This document shows, in pieces, positions 17,908-25,325 of a stretch of DNA of 27,356 nucleotides (its first letter is position 1; every line of letters starts with the position of its first letter). The notes under the pieces are model-generated. The model saw only the letters and a list, made by a program, of their open reading frames with translations. It ran no database searches and was not told the origin of the DNA. Source of the DNA: a virus (Duplodnaviria; Caudoviricetes); IMG/VR virus record IMGVR_UViG_3300017909_001965, positions 1 through 27,356 of that record; one strand, written 5' to 3'. The position numbers and the translations under genes were made by a program.

Positions 17908-18489
17908 CTAAATAAATATCCAATCAGGTTTTTGGTTTATATTTTGGAATATCTTCGCTAACATTCTTACATCTTCAATAGCAGAGTGTGCTTCATAAGT
18001 TTCTTCTAGCATCCATTTAGCTACATCAACTTGTGAACTAGGTTTATCTGGATACATTTGTTTTATTTCTTTCTTAGTATCTCTCCACTTACAAAGAGGA
18101 GGTAGCAATCCATACTTCTCACAAGTCTGTTCCATAACTAATTTATCAAAACCAAAAGCGTTATGTGCGACTGCAGTCTTTCCTGTCAACACACGCTGTA
18201 CTTCTGGATACACATCAGTCCATTTTTGCAGGTCATCTCTCTTAATAAATTTATCAGGCTCATAACCATGTATCTCTGTAGCCCAATTCTTGCCCTCAAC
18301 AATGTAATCTTTGTGTGGTTCTATGAAATAATGGTACTCTTCACCGCTAGATAAATCTATTAAGGCTAGTTCAATAGGGTCATACCAAGTCTTTGATTTA
18401 AAATATCCCATTTCTTTGGGTGGTGTGTTGTAGATATCACACCCTGTGGTTTCAAAATCAAGTATTACAAACTTATCTTCCATCATCAT
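17908..18489 (-). CDS. DEDDh 3'-5' exonuclease (DnaQ/Pol III epsilon-like)
   Basis: ExoI ILDFETTG, ExoII VAHNAFGFD and ExoIII HSAIEDV motifs. Confidence 0.93.
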   Translation of the reverse strand: MMMEDKFVILDFETTGCDIYNTPPKEMGYFKSKTWYDPIELALIDLSSGEEYHYFIEPHKDYIVEGKNWATEIHGYEPDKFIKRDDLQKWTDVYPEVQRVLTGKTAVAHNAFGFDKLVMEQTCEKYGLLPPLCKWRDTKKEIKQMYPDKPSSQVDVAKWMLEETYEAHSAIEDVRMLAKIFQNINQKPDWIFI

Positions 18490-18718
18490 CCAATGGTTTT
18501 AGGCGTGTAATCTTTTCAGGTATCTCATATCCCTGTGTTTCTAGCCAATAAAACATTTCATGTCTGGTAAATGGTCCTACTAACATAGGCTCATCATCTT
18601 TAGAAAGCCATATCTCCCAATACCAAACAGGTATTTTAGCTTTTCTTCTTTTCCTTTTGCCTTCGTTCTCGTCGAATAGCTCGTCTCTCACGTTCAGATT
18701 TACCACCCCAGATTCCAA
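18473..18718 (-). CDS. Hypothetical protein; start uncertain (possibly ATA at 18634)
   Basis: Fills the gap between whiB and the exonuclease. The annotated TTG start overlaps whiB by more than 80 nt. Confidence 0.55.
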   Translation of the reverse strand: MESGVVNLNVRDELFDENEGKRKRRKAKIPVWYWEIWLSKDDEPMLVGPFTRHEMFYWLETQGYEIPEKITRLKPLDDDGR

Positions 18719-18902
18719 ATCTCTCTTTGCGTTCTACTGCGAATTCTAAACACTCCTCTCTGACTTTACATTCTTTGCATATAGCCTTGGCTTTAACTGT
18801 TGAGCCACCTCTTTCTGGGAAAAACAAGTCCTGATTCTCTCCCATACAATTAGCATCTTTATAAAATTCTGGTATCTCTAGTATGTCGGCCAGCGTCGCT
18901 AT
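18636..18902 (-). CDS. whiB: WhiB-family Fe-S transcriptional regulator (extended to a proposed ATA start, 88 aa)
   Basis: ANC...DLFFP...AKAICKECKVREEC...FGIWGGKSERERR: four Cys plus GIWGG. The first Cys is the codon just upstream of the ATG at 18845. Confidence 0.93.
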   Translation of the reverse strand: MATLADILEIPEFYKDANCMGENQDLFFPERGGSTVKAKAICKECKVREECLEFAVERKERFGIWGGKSERERRAIRRERRQKEKKKS

Positions 18903-19121
18903 AAAATACTCTCCCTTACTGATACCTATATAGTAGAGAGTAACCTAAAGACTTAATAGATTTAATAAGATATACACCATAACCATCCTAAAGAGCTTTA
19001 TTCTTTGATATTTTTCCATCTTGAGTATGGTATGTGTCGAAAAAATTTTTTTTTCTGGGGTATACGGGGTTGTATAGATGAAATAACGTTCAAAACCGAT
19101 ACGCGTATGGGGGGAGCTAAG

Positions 19122-19559
19122 CTAATCCCCGTATTCTATTTGGAATTGTATAACCTCATCCTTGTCTCGGAAGTCCATGGTTGAGCGTTTGCCCCACTTC
19201 TGTGGGAACGACCTCTCTAAGAACCACGCTGACGCTTGCCACGTTCCATTGTCGGCTGCTTTCCTTATATTCCTTATATGCGCACCCTCAGCCTCAGCTC
19301 TTGCTTTTTTTACTGCCTCCGAAAACTCCGAATACATGTTAATAACCTCACCTTCACCGTCCTCCATTATTGCTGGTAAGGAAGAAGGGTCACCTGACTC
19401 TAGGGCTTTCTGATGGTCATCACCCCTTTTCATCCAGTCATAGTAGGTAGAAGCAGAGATACCAGCCATAGTGGCAGCATCCTCTTGATAGTAACCAAGC
19501 TTAAGCCAGTTACATATCTCATCAATCTTCTCTTGAGTTAACTTAGTAGGTCTTGCCAT
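19122..19559 (-). CDS. terS: Terminase small subunit (HTH)
   Basis: MARPTKLT...AATMAGISASTYYDW HTH, FSEAVKKARA and WQASAWFLER motifs. Confidence 0.75.
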   Translation of the reverse strand: MARPTKLTQEKIDEICNWLKLGYYQEDAATMAGISASTYYDWMKRGDDHQKALESGDPSSLPAIMEDGEGEVINMYSEFSEAVKKARAEAEGAHIRNIRKAADNGTWQASAWFLERSFPQKWGKRSTMDFRDKDEVIQFQIEYGD

Positions 19560-19565
19560 GAGGAC

Positions 19566-19574
19566 ATCATATCA
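19566..19574 (-). promoter_or_regulatory. Extended -10 promoter, leaderless terS
   Basis: TGaTATGAT-gtcctc-ATG with no SD. Confidence 0.65.
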
Positions 19575-19737
19575 CAATAGAGGTGGGAAGTGGGGGATAG
19601 GGGGGTGACGATTTCACCTCTACATTGAAAACTAGAAAAAAATTTGCGGGGAGCCAAGTATGAAAAAGGTATTATCTTTTTTGATTTATTCACCCCCCTG
19701 GGTACATCAAGAGTTAATACAAAAGAAAGGATAAATA

Positions 19738-19854
19738 ATGAATAAATTAAGTAACTACTACTACTGGGTAATAAGACCAATTATCTGGAAATATATTGAA
19801 GAACCAATATTGGAAAATAACTGGAGCTTCTATAAAAAATTATTAAAACTCTAG
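19738..19854 (+). CDS. 38-aa early micro-protein
   Basis: AGAAAGGA RBS; MNKLSNYYYWVIRPIIWKYIEEPILENNWSFYKKLLKL. Confidence 0.7.
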   Translation: MNKLSNYYYWVIRPIIWKYIEEPILENNWSFYKKLLKL

Positions 19855-19867
19855 AAAGGAGAACATA

Positions 19868-19996
19868 ATGACTAAGAAACTATCTGACTTTATTTGGGAG
19901 TATCTTATACCAATGTCAATATGTGATTTGATTATTACATATTACAAGAAGAAACATAACGACCCTGATATACGTCTTAATACAAGAATCAAGTAG
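19868..19996 (+). CDS. 42-aa early micro-protein
   Basis: AGAAAGGAG RBS; MTKKLSDFIWEYLIPMSICDLIITYYKKKHNDPDIRLNTRIK. Confidence 0.7.
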   Translation: MTKKLSDFIWEYLIPMSICDLIITYYKKKHNDPDIRLNTRIK

Positions 19997-20038
19997 GTAA
20001 ATCAAGTCTCTAAATACATGGAGGCTTGGACTTACCTA
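19994..20038 (+). promoter_or_regulatory. 45-nt intergenic hairpin (copy 1), putative RNA processing site
   Basis: TAGGTAA-AT-10-bp stem-loop-GAC-TTACCTA. Confidence 0.65.
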
Positions 20039-20067
20039 AATGGTAAGCAACAGGAAAGGAGCTAATT

Positions 20068-20205
20068 ATGGATGGTTATTCTGATTGGCAATTATTACTA
20101 GGCGCAGGTGTAGCAACAAGTACCTACATCTTTGTCATAGTACAGTTACTCAACAATCTAATTCCAAGATGGAAAGAGTATGTTGGGTTAGAAGAAAGGA
20201 AATAA
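20068..20205 (+). CDS. 45-aa single-pass membrane micro-protein
   Basis: GAAAGGAG RBS; MDGYSDWQLLLGAGVATSTYIFVIVQLLNNLIPRWKEYVGLEERK. Confidence 0.7.
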   Translation: MDGYSDWQLLLGAGVATSTYIFVIVQLLNNLIPRWKEYVGLEERK

Positions 20206-20207
20206 CT

Positions 20208-20327
20208 GTGAAAGAGAAAATCTGGAAATGGTTATGTAATCAAGACTCACTAATGGAAAACATTCCGTTAAGTATGGGTCTTTATATAGAAAGGAAAGCA
20301 AATGAATCCATGTGCAGTATGCGGTAA
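20208..20327 (+). CDS. 39-aa early micro-protein (GTG start; replaces the 80-aa track call)
   Basis: AGAAAGGA RBS before the GTG at 20208. Confidence 0.65.
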   Translation: MKEKIWKWLCNQDSLMENIPLSMGLYIERKANESMCSMR

Positions 20328-20388
20328 ACCGTTTTATTACATAATGGTACCTGCTTGTCAGGAATGTTGTAGAAAGGAGACCACATGA
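20302..20388 (+). CDS. 28-aa CxxC-CxxC zinc-finger micro-protein
   Basis: AGAAAGGA RBS; MNPCAVCGKPFYYIMVPACQECCRKETT; ATGA overlap with the next gene. Confidence 0.65.
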   Translation: MNPCAVCGKPFYYIMVPACQECCRKETT

Positions 20389-20519
20389 TAGGTAAAACTA
20401 TGATGATGGAGATTAGAGAACTCTGGACTTATAGAAATCTAATGAGTCTAGAAGATACTCTAGCGTATCTACGTAACAGATGGTATTGGTATAAACAAGA
20501 CCGTCAAAACAAAGAGTAG
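20385..20519 (+). CDS. 44-aa early micro-protein
   Basis: AGAAAGGAG RBS; MIGKTMMMEIRELWTYRNLMSLEDTLAYLRNRWYWYKQDRQNKE. Confidence 0.7.
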   Translation: MIGKTMMMEIRELWTYRNLMSLEDTLAYLRNRWYWYKQDRQNKE

Positions 20520-20561
20520 ATAAATAAAGCCCATGGGAGACTGTGGGCTTTGACTTATCTA
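20517..20561 (+). promoter_or_regulatory. 45-nt intergenic hairpin (copy 2), putative RNA processing site
   Basis: TAGATAA-AT-11-bp stem with GAGA tetraloop-GAC-TTATCTA. Confidence 0.65.
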
Positions 20562-20587
20562 TTAAAGATAAGAGAAAGGAGACTGAA

Positions 20588-20839
20588 ATGTCTCAATCTA
20601 AGAAGGTTGAGCAGTCCAAACTAACTCAGATAGATGAAGAGTTAGAAGTAACTAGAGCTGTATTGCTTGGTCAAGCTAAAGAAGAAGATGGTCAAGTGGT
20701 ATGGACTAGTGAGACTGTTCAAACCATTTCTAAAGAAAAAGAGAACAACAGCATAGTTGATAAGACTACAGCTGCGTTTTCTGCAGACTTCAGTGAAGCT
20801 GAGGATACATTCCTTATGTGGGCTGGAGAGAAAGGATAG
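20588..20839 (+). CDS. 83-aa acidic hypothetical protein (start corrected to the ATG at 20588)
   Basis: AGAAAGGAG RBS precedes MSQSKKVEQ... Confidence 0.75.
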   Translation: MSQSKKVEQSKLTQIDEELEVTRAVLLGQAKEEDGQVVWTSETVQTISKEKENNSIVDKTTAAFSADFSEAEDTFLMWAGEKG

Positions 20840-20841
20840 GT

Positions 20842-21021
20842 ATGGCGACTCAAACTATGACCTATTGCGATGGCTGTATGAAATACAGCAAAATAGCTAA
20901 GAAACAACGCAGATACAGTTCCTACTTTAAGAAATTCTTAAAGCTGGATTTCTGTAAACCCTGTGCAAATAAGTTGGGTATTGTTGTCAGTTATAAGCTG
21001 GCACATCCCACAGCAATATAG
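20842..21021 (+). CDS. 59-aa basic CxxC...CxxC zinc-finger protein
   Basis: AGAAAGGA RBS; CDGC...CKPC. Confidence 0.7.
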   Translation: MATQTMTYCDGCMKYSKIAKKQRRYSSYFKKFLKLDFCKPCANKLGIVVSYKLAHPTAI

Positions 21022-21032
21022 AAAGGATAGAT

Positions 21033-21185
21033 ATGTTACTCAAACGTATCAAATACTTACTGTGGTTATGGAAGGTAGGTAGAAAGAAGTTTCCTATGAA
21101 ACCTCTTATCGATACCAGATATGACACAGTAATACACGAATCCTACTGGACACCAGAAGGATATCAACCGAGAAAGGAGAGGTAG
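21033..21185 (+). CDS. 50-aa early micro-protein
   Basis: AGAAAGGA RBS; MLLKRIKYLLWLWKVGRKKFPMKPLIDTRYDTVIHESYWTPEGYQPRKER. Confidence 0.7.
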   Translation: MLLKRIKYLLWLWKVGRKKFPMKPLIDTRYDTVIHESYWTPEGYQPRKER

Positions 21186-21186
21186 T

Positions 21187-21378
21187 ATGCAAGCACTACC
21201 GCTTTTAGAAGGTAGTGGTGGGGGGAAACTCCCACCTACTACAACAATAATGGCTGCTTCATCAGATGATGGAGAGTTCGAAGCCATAATGATGAACAAC
21301 AATATGTTCCACGAAATGAGGGAGGACTTTGCCACTCCATTTAGTGAGGACATTTTATATGAGAAAGGAGCCAACTAA
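21187..21378 (+). CDS. 63-aa hypothetical protein
   Basis: AGAAAGGAG RBS; TAATG coupling to the next gene. Confidence 0.7.
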   Translation: MQALPLLEGSGGGKLPPTTTIMAASSDDGEFEAIMMNNNMFHEMREDFATPFSEDILYEKGAN

Positions 21379-21623
21379 TGGCTATAGTAACCAAGTTCGT
21401 GGACACCATGAACGCAATAGAAAAAGAAATGGAAGAGAAGAGCGTCGACATTCTAGTAATGGACGAAGTAAAACTCACCATTGATGCAAGAGAGGTAACA
21501 GATGAGGATGGTGTTAAAGACATCATTGAAGAAATCTGCATGGCTTTTGCAGGAGAGTTCGATAGAGGATATATCTTTAATCGTCTTAAAGAAGATGAGG
21601 ATGTAACTATCGACTCAGCTTAA
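21378..21623 (+). CDS. 81-aa acidic hypothetical protein
   Basis: AGAAAGGAG RBS; D/E-rich. Confidence 0.75.
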   Translation: MAIVTKFVDTMNAIEKEMEEKSVDILVMDEVKLTIDAREVTDEDGVKDIIEEICMAFAGEFDRGYIFNRLKEDEDVTIDSA

Positions 21624-21660
21624 CAGCTCGGAGCCCATTACGGTGGGCTCTAGGGTGTTA
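21621..21660 (+). promoter_or_regulatory. Intergenic hairpin (copy 3)
   Basis: TAACA...GAGCCCAT-TACG-GTGGGCTC...TGTTA; the AGCCCAT/GTGGGCT stem is shared with copy 2. Confidence 0.6.
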
Positions 21661-21694
21661 GGAAAGTCCTAATACTGTATAACAAGGAGGCAAT

Positions 21695-21874
21695 ATGTCT
21701 GCAACTTTAGTTATTCATCCTGCTACTAAAGCAGAGATGGACGACTTAATGGACTCTATGAAACTAGAGTCTGATAAAAACAAAGAAGAAGTACTTAACT
21801 TAATCTGGGTACCAGAGGTAGTAAAAGTATATCTTCAAGAAAGAAAAATAAATGGTAACCTTCCAGCTGCTTAG
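21695..21874 (+). CDS. 59-aa hypothetical protein, possibly ribbon-helix-helix
   Basis: AAGGAGG RBS; MSATLVIHPATKAEMDDLMDSMKLESDKNKEEVLNLIWVPEVVKVYLQERKINGNLPAA. The RHH guess rests only on a strand-helix-helix pattern. Confidence 0.65.
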   Translation: MSATLVIHPATKAEMDDLMDSMKLESDKNKEEVLNLIWVPEVVKVYLQERKINGNLPAA

Positions 21875-21946
21875 AGAGTCTAAGTATGGAAGGAAACAGG
21901 GATTAATGTTTACTAGCAATAGCATTAATACCAGGAAGGAAAAAAT

Positions 21947-23911
21947 ATGAAACTATATCCTGCTAGCGATAGCAGATATTCAGACAGAGAGATATGGCAT
22001 CCACGATTCGACACCATCTTCAGAGATGAAACAGATGAAACGATGTACTATCTCGAAATTCCAGTTATGTATTGGGATGACATACTTAATGGTGAATATC
22101 ACGATTGGGTGTACATAACAGATGAGCTGGAAGAACTATCTTATCCAAGAGAGTCATTACCTGATGACTATGCAGAAGAGAATGCTGCAGACTTCAGAAG
22201 TGCTGTCATTGGTAAGATATCACAGTATGTAAGAAGAGATATGCTCTGGCATGTTCAAGAAGATATACAGAACAATACCAATCAAGCTATGGTGTTGGGT
22301 GTATCAGTTTGGACACAAGACACAGGTCAATCTACTTCAGTGAGATACAGACTAGCCAGTCCTCACTACTGGGGTAGAAACCCACACATACTATCTAATG
22401 ACAGTGATGGTAATATTCGACAGATATCAACCAAGCTATCATTGGCTAAAGATACTGGTAGGTTCGAGTACACACGCTGGTTGGAAGGACATAGACCATA
22501 TACAAAATGCAAACTATGTGGTCACTTCAACAAATACAGAACAGAAATGGTTCCTGTCTATCATCAACAGAGAAGATGGCAGAATCGTAAGAACGTATGT
22601 ATCAAGTGTGTATGCTCACTTATCAAGGGCGATACTATTGGTGATGTTGGATATGATGGGGAGAATCAATTGATTATCTCTGACAATCCACAAATATACA
22701 GTCATCTTGATTATCACAACAAGGACTATCTTGTTACGGTAACAGGTGAGTATGGTAGAGCCTTTAGAAAGATTGCTGAGATAGAAGATGAATGGCATGT
22801 CAATATACTCAATGGCATCAAGCTTGTTGAGACAATTGATATACCTGCATGGGACTATGCATTTGATACAAGCATACATGCTTGGAACTGGAGATTCCCA
22901 ATCTTCTTGACTACGCCAAGAACTTATGGTGACCATGATAATCATTTCTTTGAGAGTCATTCACTAGGATACGATTGGCAAGACCCTAGTTGGTACGGTA
23001 ACACTGGACCATACTTTGGTGCAGAGTTTGAGTGCTTTGTCAGAAATGACAGACAAGACTTGCGTGCTAACAATGAGGTCAAGAAAACAGCAATCAAGAT
23101 GTTCCATCCTACTGACTATCCAACTGCATATACACAAGATGCTGAGCATCAACTGATATACGCTAAGGAAGACGGTAGCTTAAGTGATGGCGATGGTGTT
23201 GAGTTTGTGTCTCAACCACTTAGCTATGACTACTGGATGAACCATGTACCTGAAAGATTCTGGAACTATTTCAGAAACAACTTCAGAGCAAGGAACTCAT
23301 CACAGTGTGGTATACACGTACACATAGGATGGGAATCTATGGATGTAGTACAGAGATATATATTCCTGTACTTCTTGAACAGAATGAACCTAAGCAGTTC
23401 AGAACTGTTACAGCGTGTTGCTGGTAGAGGTAGTACATACTACTCAGTATGGAACTCACTTGTCTATCAAGGCTCAAGAGACCAAGTGTTTCAAGTAGCC
23501 CTTGAGAAGACACAAACAGGTGACAATCCTAAGTACAACTCTATCAATACAAGACATGCAGACACAATAGAGTTGAGATACTTTCAAGGTAACACTGGAG
23601 AGAACTCAATCAAAGGTATATTCCAATTCATCAATGGACTCTATCGCATCTCAGATGAGTTAGCTAATCCACACAGGGATTGGGATTATACAGAAGAAGA
23701 GCAACCAGAAGAACTTAAGTTCCTTCTAGAAGGAATCAAAGAACAGACGGACTCTACCTTCTTAAGACAATTGATGAACACTGAGAGACTAACTGCAGAT
23801 GATATCAAGTACTTTGTCAACAGAGTTGGTATAGATTGGATTCGTACCAAACTCAATGATGACGAGTATGGATATATGGCAGACAGGTATCTAGATGTTC
23901 CATCAATATAA
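21947..23911 (+). CDS. Putative amidoligase (COOH-NH2 ligase, glutamine-synthetase fold) with ~350-aa N-terminal extension
   Basis: FGAEFE, KEDGSL..GVEFVSQP, CGIHVH, KYNSIN and TIELRYF motifs; the extension has CKLC...CIKC. Confidence 0.9.
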   Translation: MKLYPASDSRYSDREIWHPRFDTIFRDETDETMYYLEIPVMYWDDILNGEYHDWVYITDELEELSYPRESLPDDYAEENAADFRSAVIGKISQYVRRDMLWHVQEDIQNNTNQAMVLGVSVWTQDTGQSTSVRYRLASPHYWGRNPHILSNDSDGNIRQISTKLSLAKDTGRFEYTRWLEGHRPYTKCKLCGHFNKYRTEMVPVYHQQRRWQNRKNVCIKCVCSLIKGDTIGDVGYDGENQLIISDNPQIYSHLDYHNKDYLVTVTGEYGRAFRKIAEIEDEWHVNILNGIKLVETIDIPAWDYAFDTSIHAWNWRFPIFLTTPRTYGDHDNHFFESHSLGYDWQDPSWYGNTGPYFGAEFECFVRNDRQDLRANNEVKKTAIKMFHPTDYPTAYTQDAEHQLIYAKEDGSLSDGDGVEFVSQPLSYDYWMNHVPERFWNYFRNNFRARNSSQCGIHVHIGWESMDVVQRYIFLYFLNRMNLSSSELLQRVAGRGSTYYSVWNSLVYQGSRDQVFQVALEKTQTGDNPKYNSINTRHADTIELRYFQGNTGENSIKGIFQFINGLYRISDELANPHRDWDYTEEEQPEELKFLLEGIKEQTDSTFLRQLMNTERLTADDIKYFVNRVGIDWIRTKLNDDEYGYMADRYLDVPSI

Positions 23912-23940
23912 AGAAACAATAGACAGAAAGGAGATTACAT

Positions 23941-24924
23941 ATGTGTGTAATCGCTAGCCTCCCACGAGGCAAAAACATATCCAACAAGAACCTCGACCAG
24001 ATGTGGAAGAGAAACCCAGATGGTGGTGGTATTGCTTGGATACAAGACGGTAAAATCCAAGTCTACAAGACTATGGAACTCAAGGACTTCAAGCAGAAGT
24101 TTAAAGAGGTAACAAGCAAGTATGGTGATTCAGACATACTGGTACACATGAGGATAGCAACTCATGGTTCAGTTTGTCTTGACAACAATCATCCATTCCA
24201 TATCGATACGCAGACTGTGTTTGCTCACAATGGCATTATGCCTCATGAGTTTCACCCACCTGCTAAATCAGACTTGTCTGATACAAGATACTTCAACAAA
24301 GTATTCTTGCAGAACATGAAGCCAATAGCATTGGACGACGAACTGTTCCGTACTGCTGTCGGTGACATCATCGGTATGGGTAACAAGCTAGTCATCTTGT
24401 CAGCCAACAAGAAGCTCAAGCAAGATTCATATATTATCAATGAGCATCTTGGTCAATGGGTCAAGGGCGTATGGTATTCCAATACAGCTCACATCCCAAG
24501 CAAGGGTGTCAAGTATGACAAAACAGGTGCAACAATTGGCAACCATCAACAAGGTACGATATGGAACGGATTTGACGGGACATTCGAACATGTTGATGAC
24601 TCATGCGAAATTGAGATAGCACCAGACGTTGACAGTAGCTGGTTTGACGAAGTAGAAGTCAATGACGAGTACTGGTGGTGTGAGACTATACCAGAAGAGG
24701 AGCTAGAGAAGGAATCAGTGCAAGAACAGATTGAGGAATTCTTAGAAGCTGCTGAAGGTAAGTACATGTACCAATACGAAACCTTTGATGACTGTATGGC
24801 AGACTTTGCAATACATTATGATGGTGGTTTCAGATGTCATGAATGTGGGCTACCAGTCAAGGCTGAATCTGGAAAGGTCGTAAGAGATTGTGACGTGGAA
24901 TGTTCAGCTAGGGTGTTTAGCTAA
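23941..24924 (+). CDS. Class II glutamine amidotransferase (Ntn hydrolase) with acidic, Cys-containing C-terminal tail
   Basis: N-terminal nucleophile M-C; NPDGGG, HMRIATHG, NNHPF, FAHNG and SDT motifs. Confidence 0.92.
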   Translation: MCVIASLPRGKNISNKNLDQMWKRNPDGGGIAWIQDGKIQVYKTMELKDFKQKFKEVTSKYGDSDILVHMRIATHGSVCLDNNHPFHIDTQTVFAHNGIMPHEFHPPAKSDLSDTRYFNKVFLQNMKPIALDDELFRTAVGDIIGMGNKLVILSANKKLKQDSYIINEHLGQWVKGVWYSNTAHIPSKGVKYDKTGATIGNHQQGTIWNGFDGTFEHVDDSCEIEIAPDVDSSWFDEVEVNDEYWWCETIPEEELEKESVQEQIEEFLEAAEGKYMYQYETFDDCMADFAIHYDGGFRCHECGLPVKAESGKVVRDCDVECSARVFS

Positions 24925-25313
24925 TGGCTGTACCAGACTGGAACAGAGTAGAAGGGGTGGTATCAACCACCTCTCCTACCGAGCAAGGTGAAAGATATAT
25001 TATGTCAGATGCTGCTTCTTATGATAACGATTCAATCGTAAGAGTAACAACTCATCATGAAGGTAGAGCTACATACCATGAACGTGGTACAACTACATTC
25101 ACTGTGCAACAAATAATAGATGATGGCTTGATGAATGGACATTGGGACAGAGAAGTAATTGATAACGGTCTCATACCTAATCGTCAAGAAATTCACGATT
25201 ATGCCAGAGAATGGATGTATGAATCAGGTGAAGTTGATGATTACGTAGACATTGACTACTCAGACTATGACCAAACTGATTGGGAAGTAGACGATATAGA
25301 AATAATAAACTAA
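24924..25313 (+). CDS. Acidic lysine-free protein A (paralog of 26381..26776)
   Basis: TAATG coupling to the amidotransferase; MAVPDWNRVEG start. Confidence 0.8.
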   Translation: MAVPDWNRVEGVVSTTSPTEQGERYIMSDAASYDNDSIVRVTTHHEGRATYHERGTTTFTVQQIIDDGLMNGHWDREVIDNGLIPNRQEIHDYAREWMYESGEVDDYVDIDYSDYDQTDWEVDDIEIIN

Positions 25314-25325
25314 CAAGGAGGAAAT

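Noticed and set aside
2112-18354. Many 60-130-aa plus-strand ORFs in the track over the structural arm (also minus-strand ORFs 3115..3306, 6511..6777, 12266..12460)
   Set aside because: They are antisense or alternate-frame shadows of well-supported genes, with Ser/Leu/Phe-rich composition and no evident RBS.
18945-18947. Genome-wide TAG reassignment to explain the whiB frame
   Set aside because: TAG clearly terminates several genes (for example at 19854, 19996, 20519) and long genes are intact under the standard code.
20588-20839. 83-aa acidic ORF as a Pup homolog (LTQIDEELE, AEDTF)
   Set aside because: It ends in GEKG rather than GG[EQ], the similar fragments are wrongly spaced, and the C-terminus is constrained by the next gene's AGAAAGGA RBS.
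19162-24767. Track ORFs 19162+, 19538-, 20719-, 21066-, 21341-, 22398+, 22616-, 22964-, 23686-, 24252-, 24546-
   Set aside because: They overlap better-supported genes with strong RBS or catalytic motifs.
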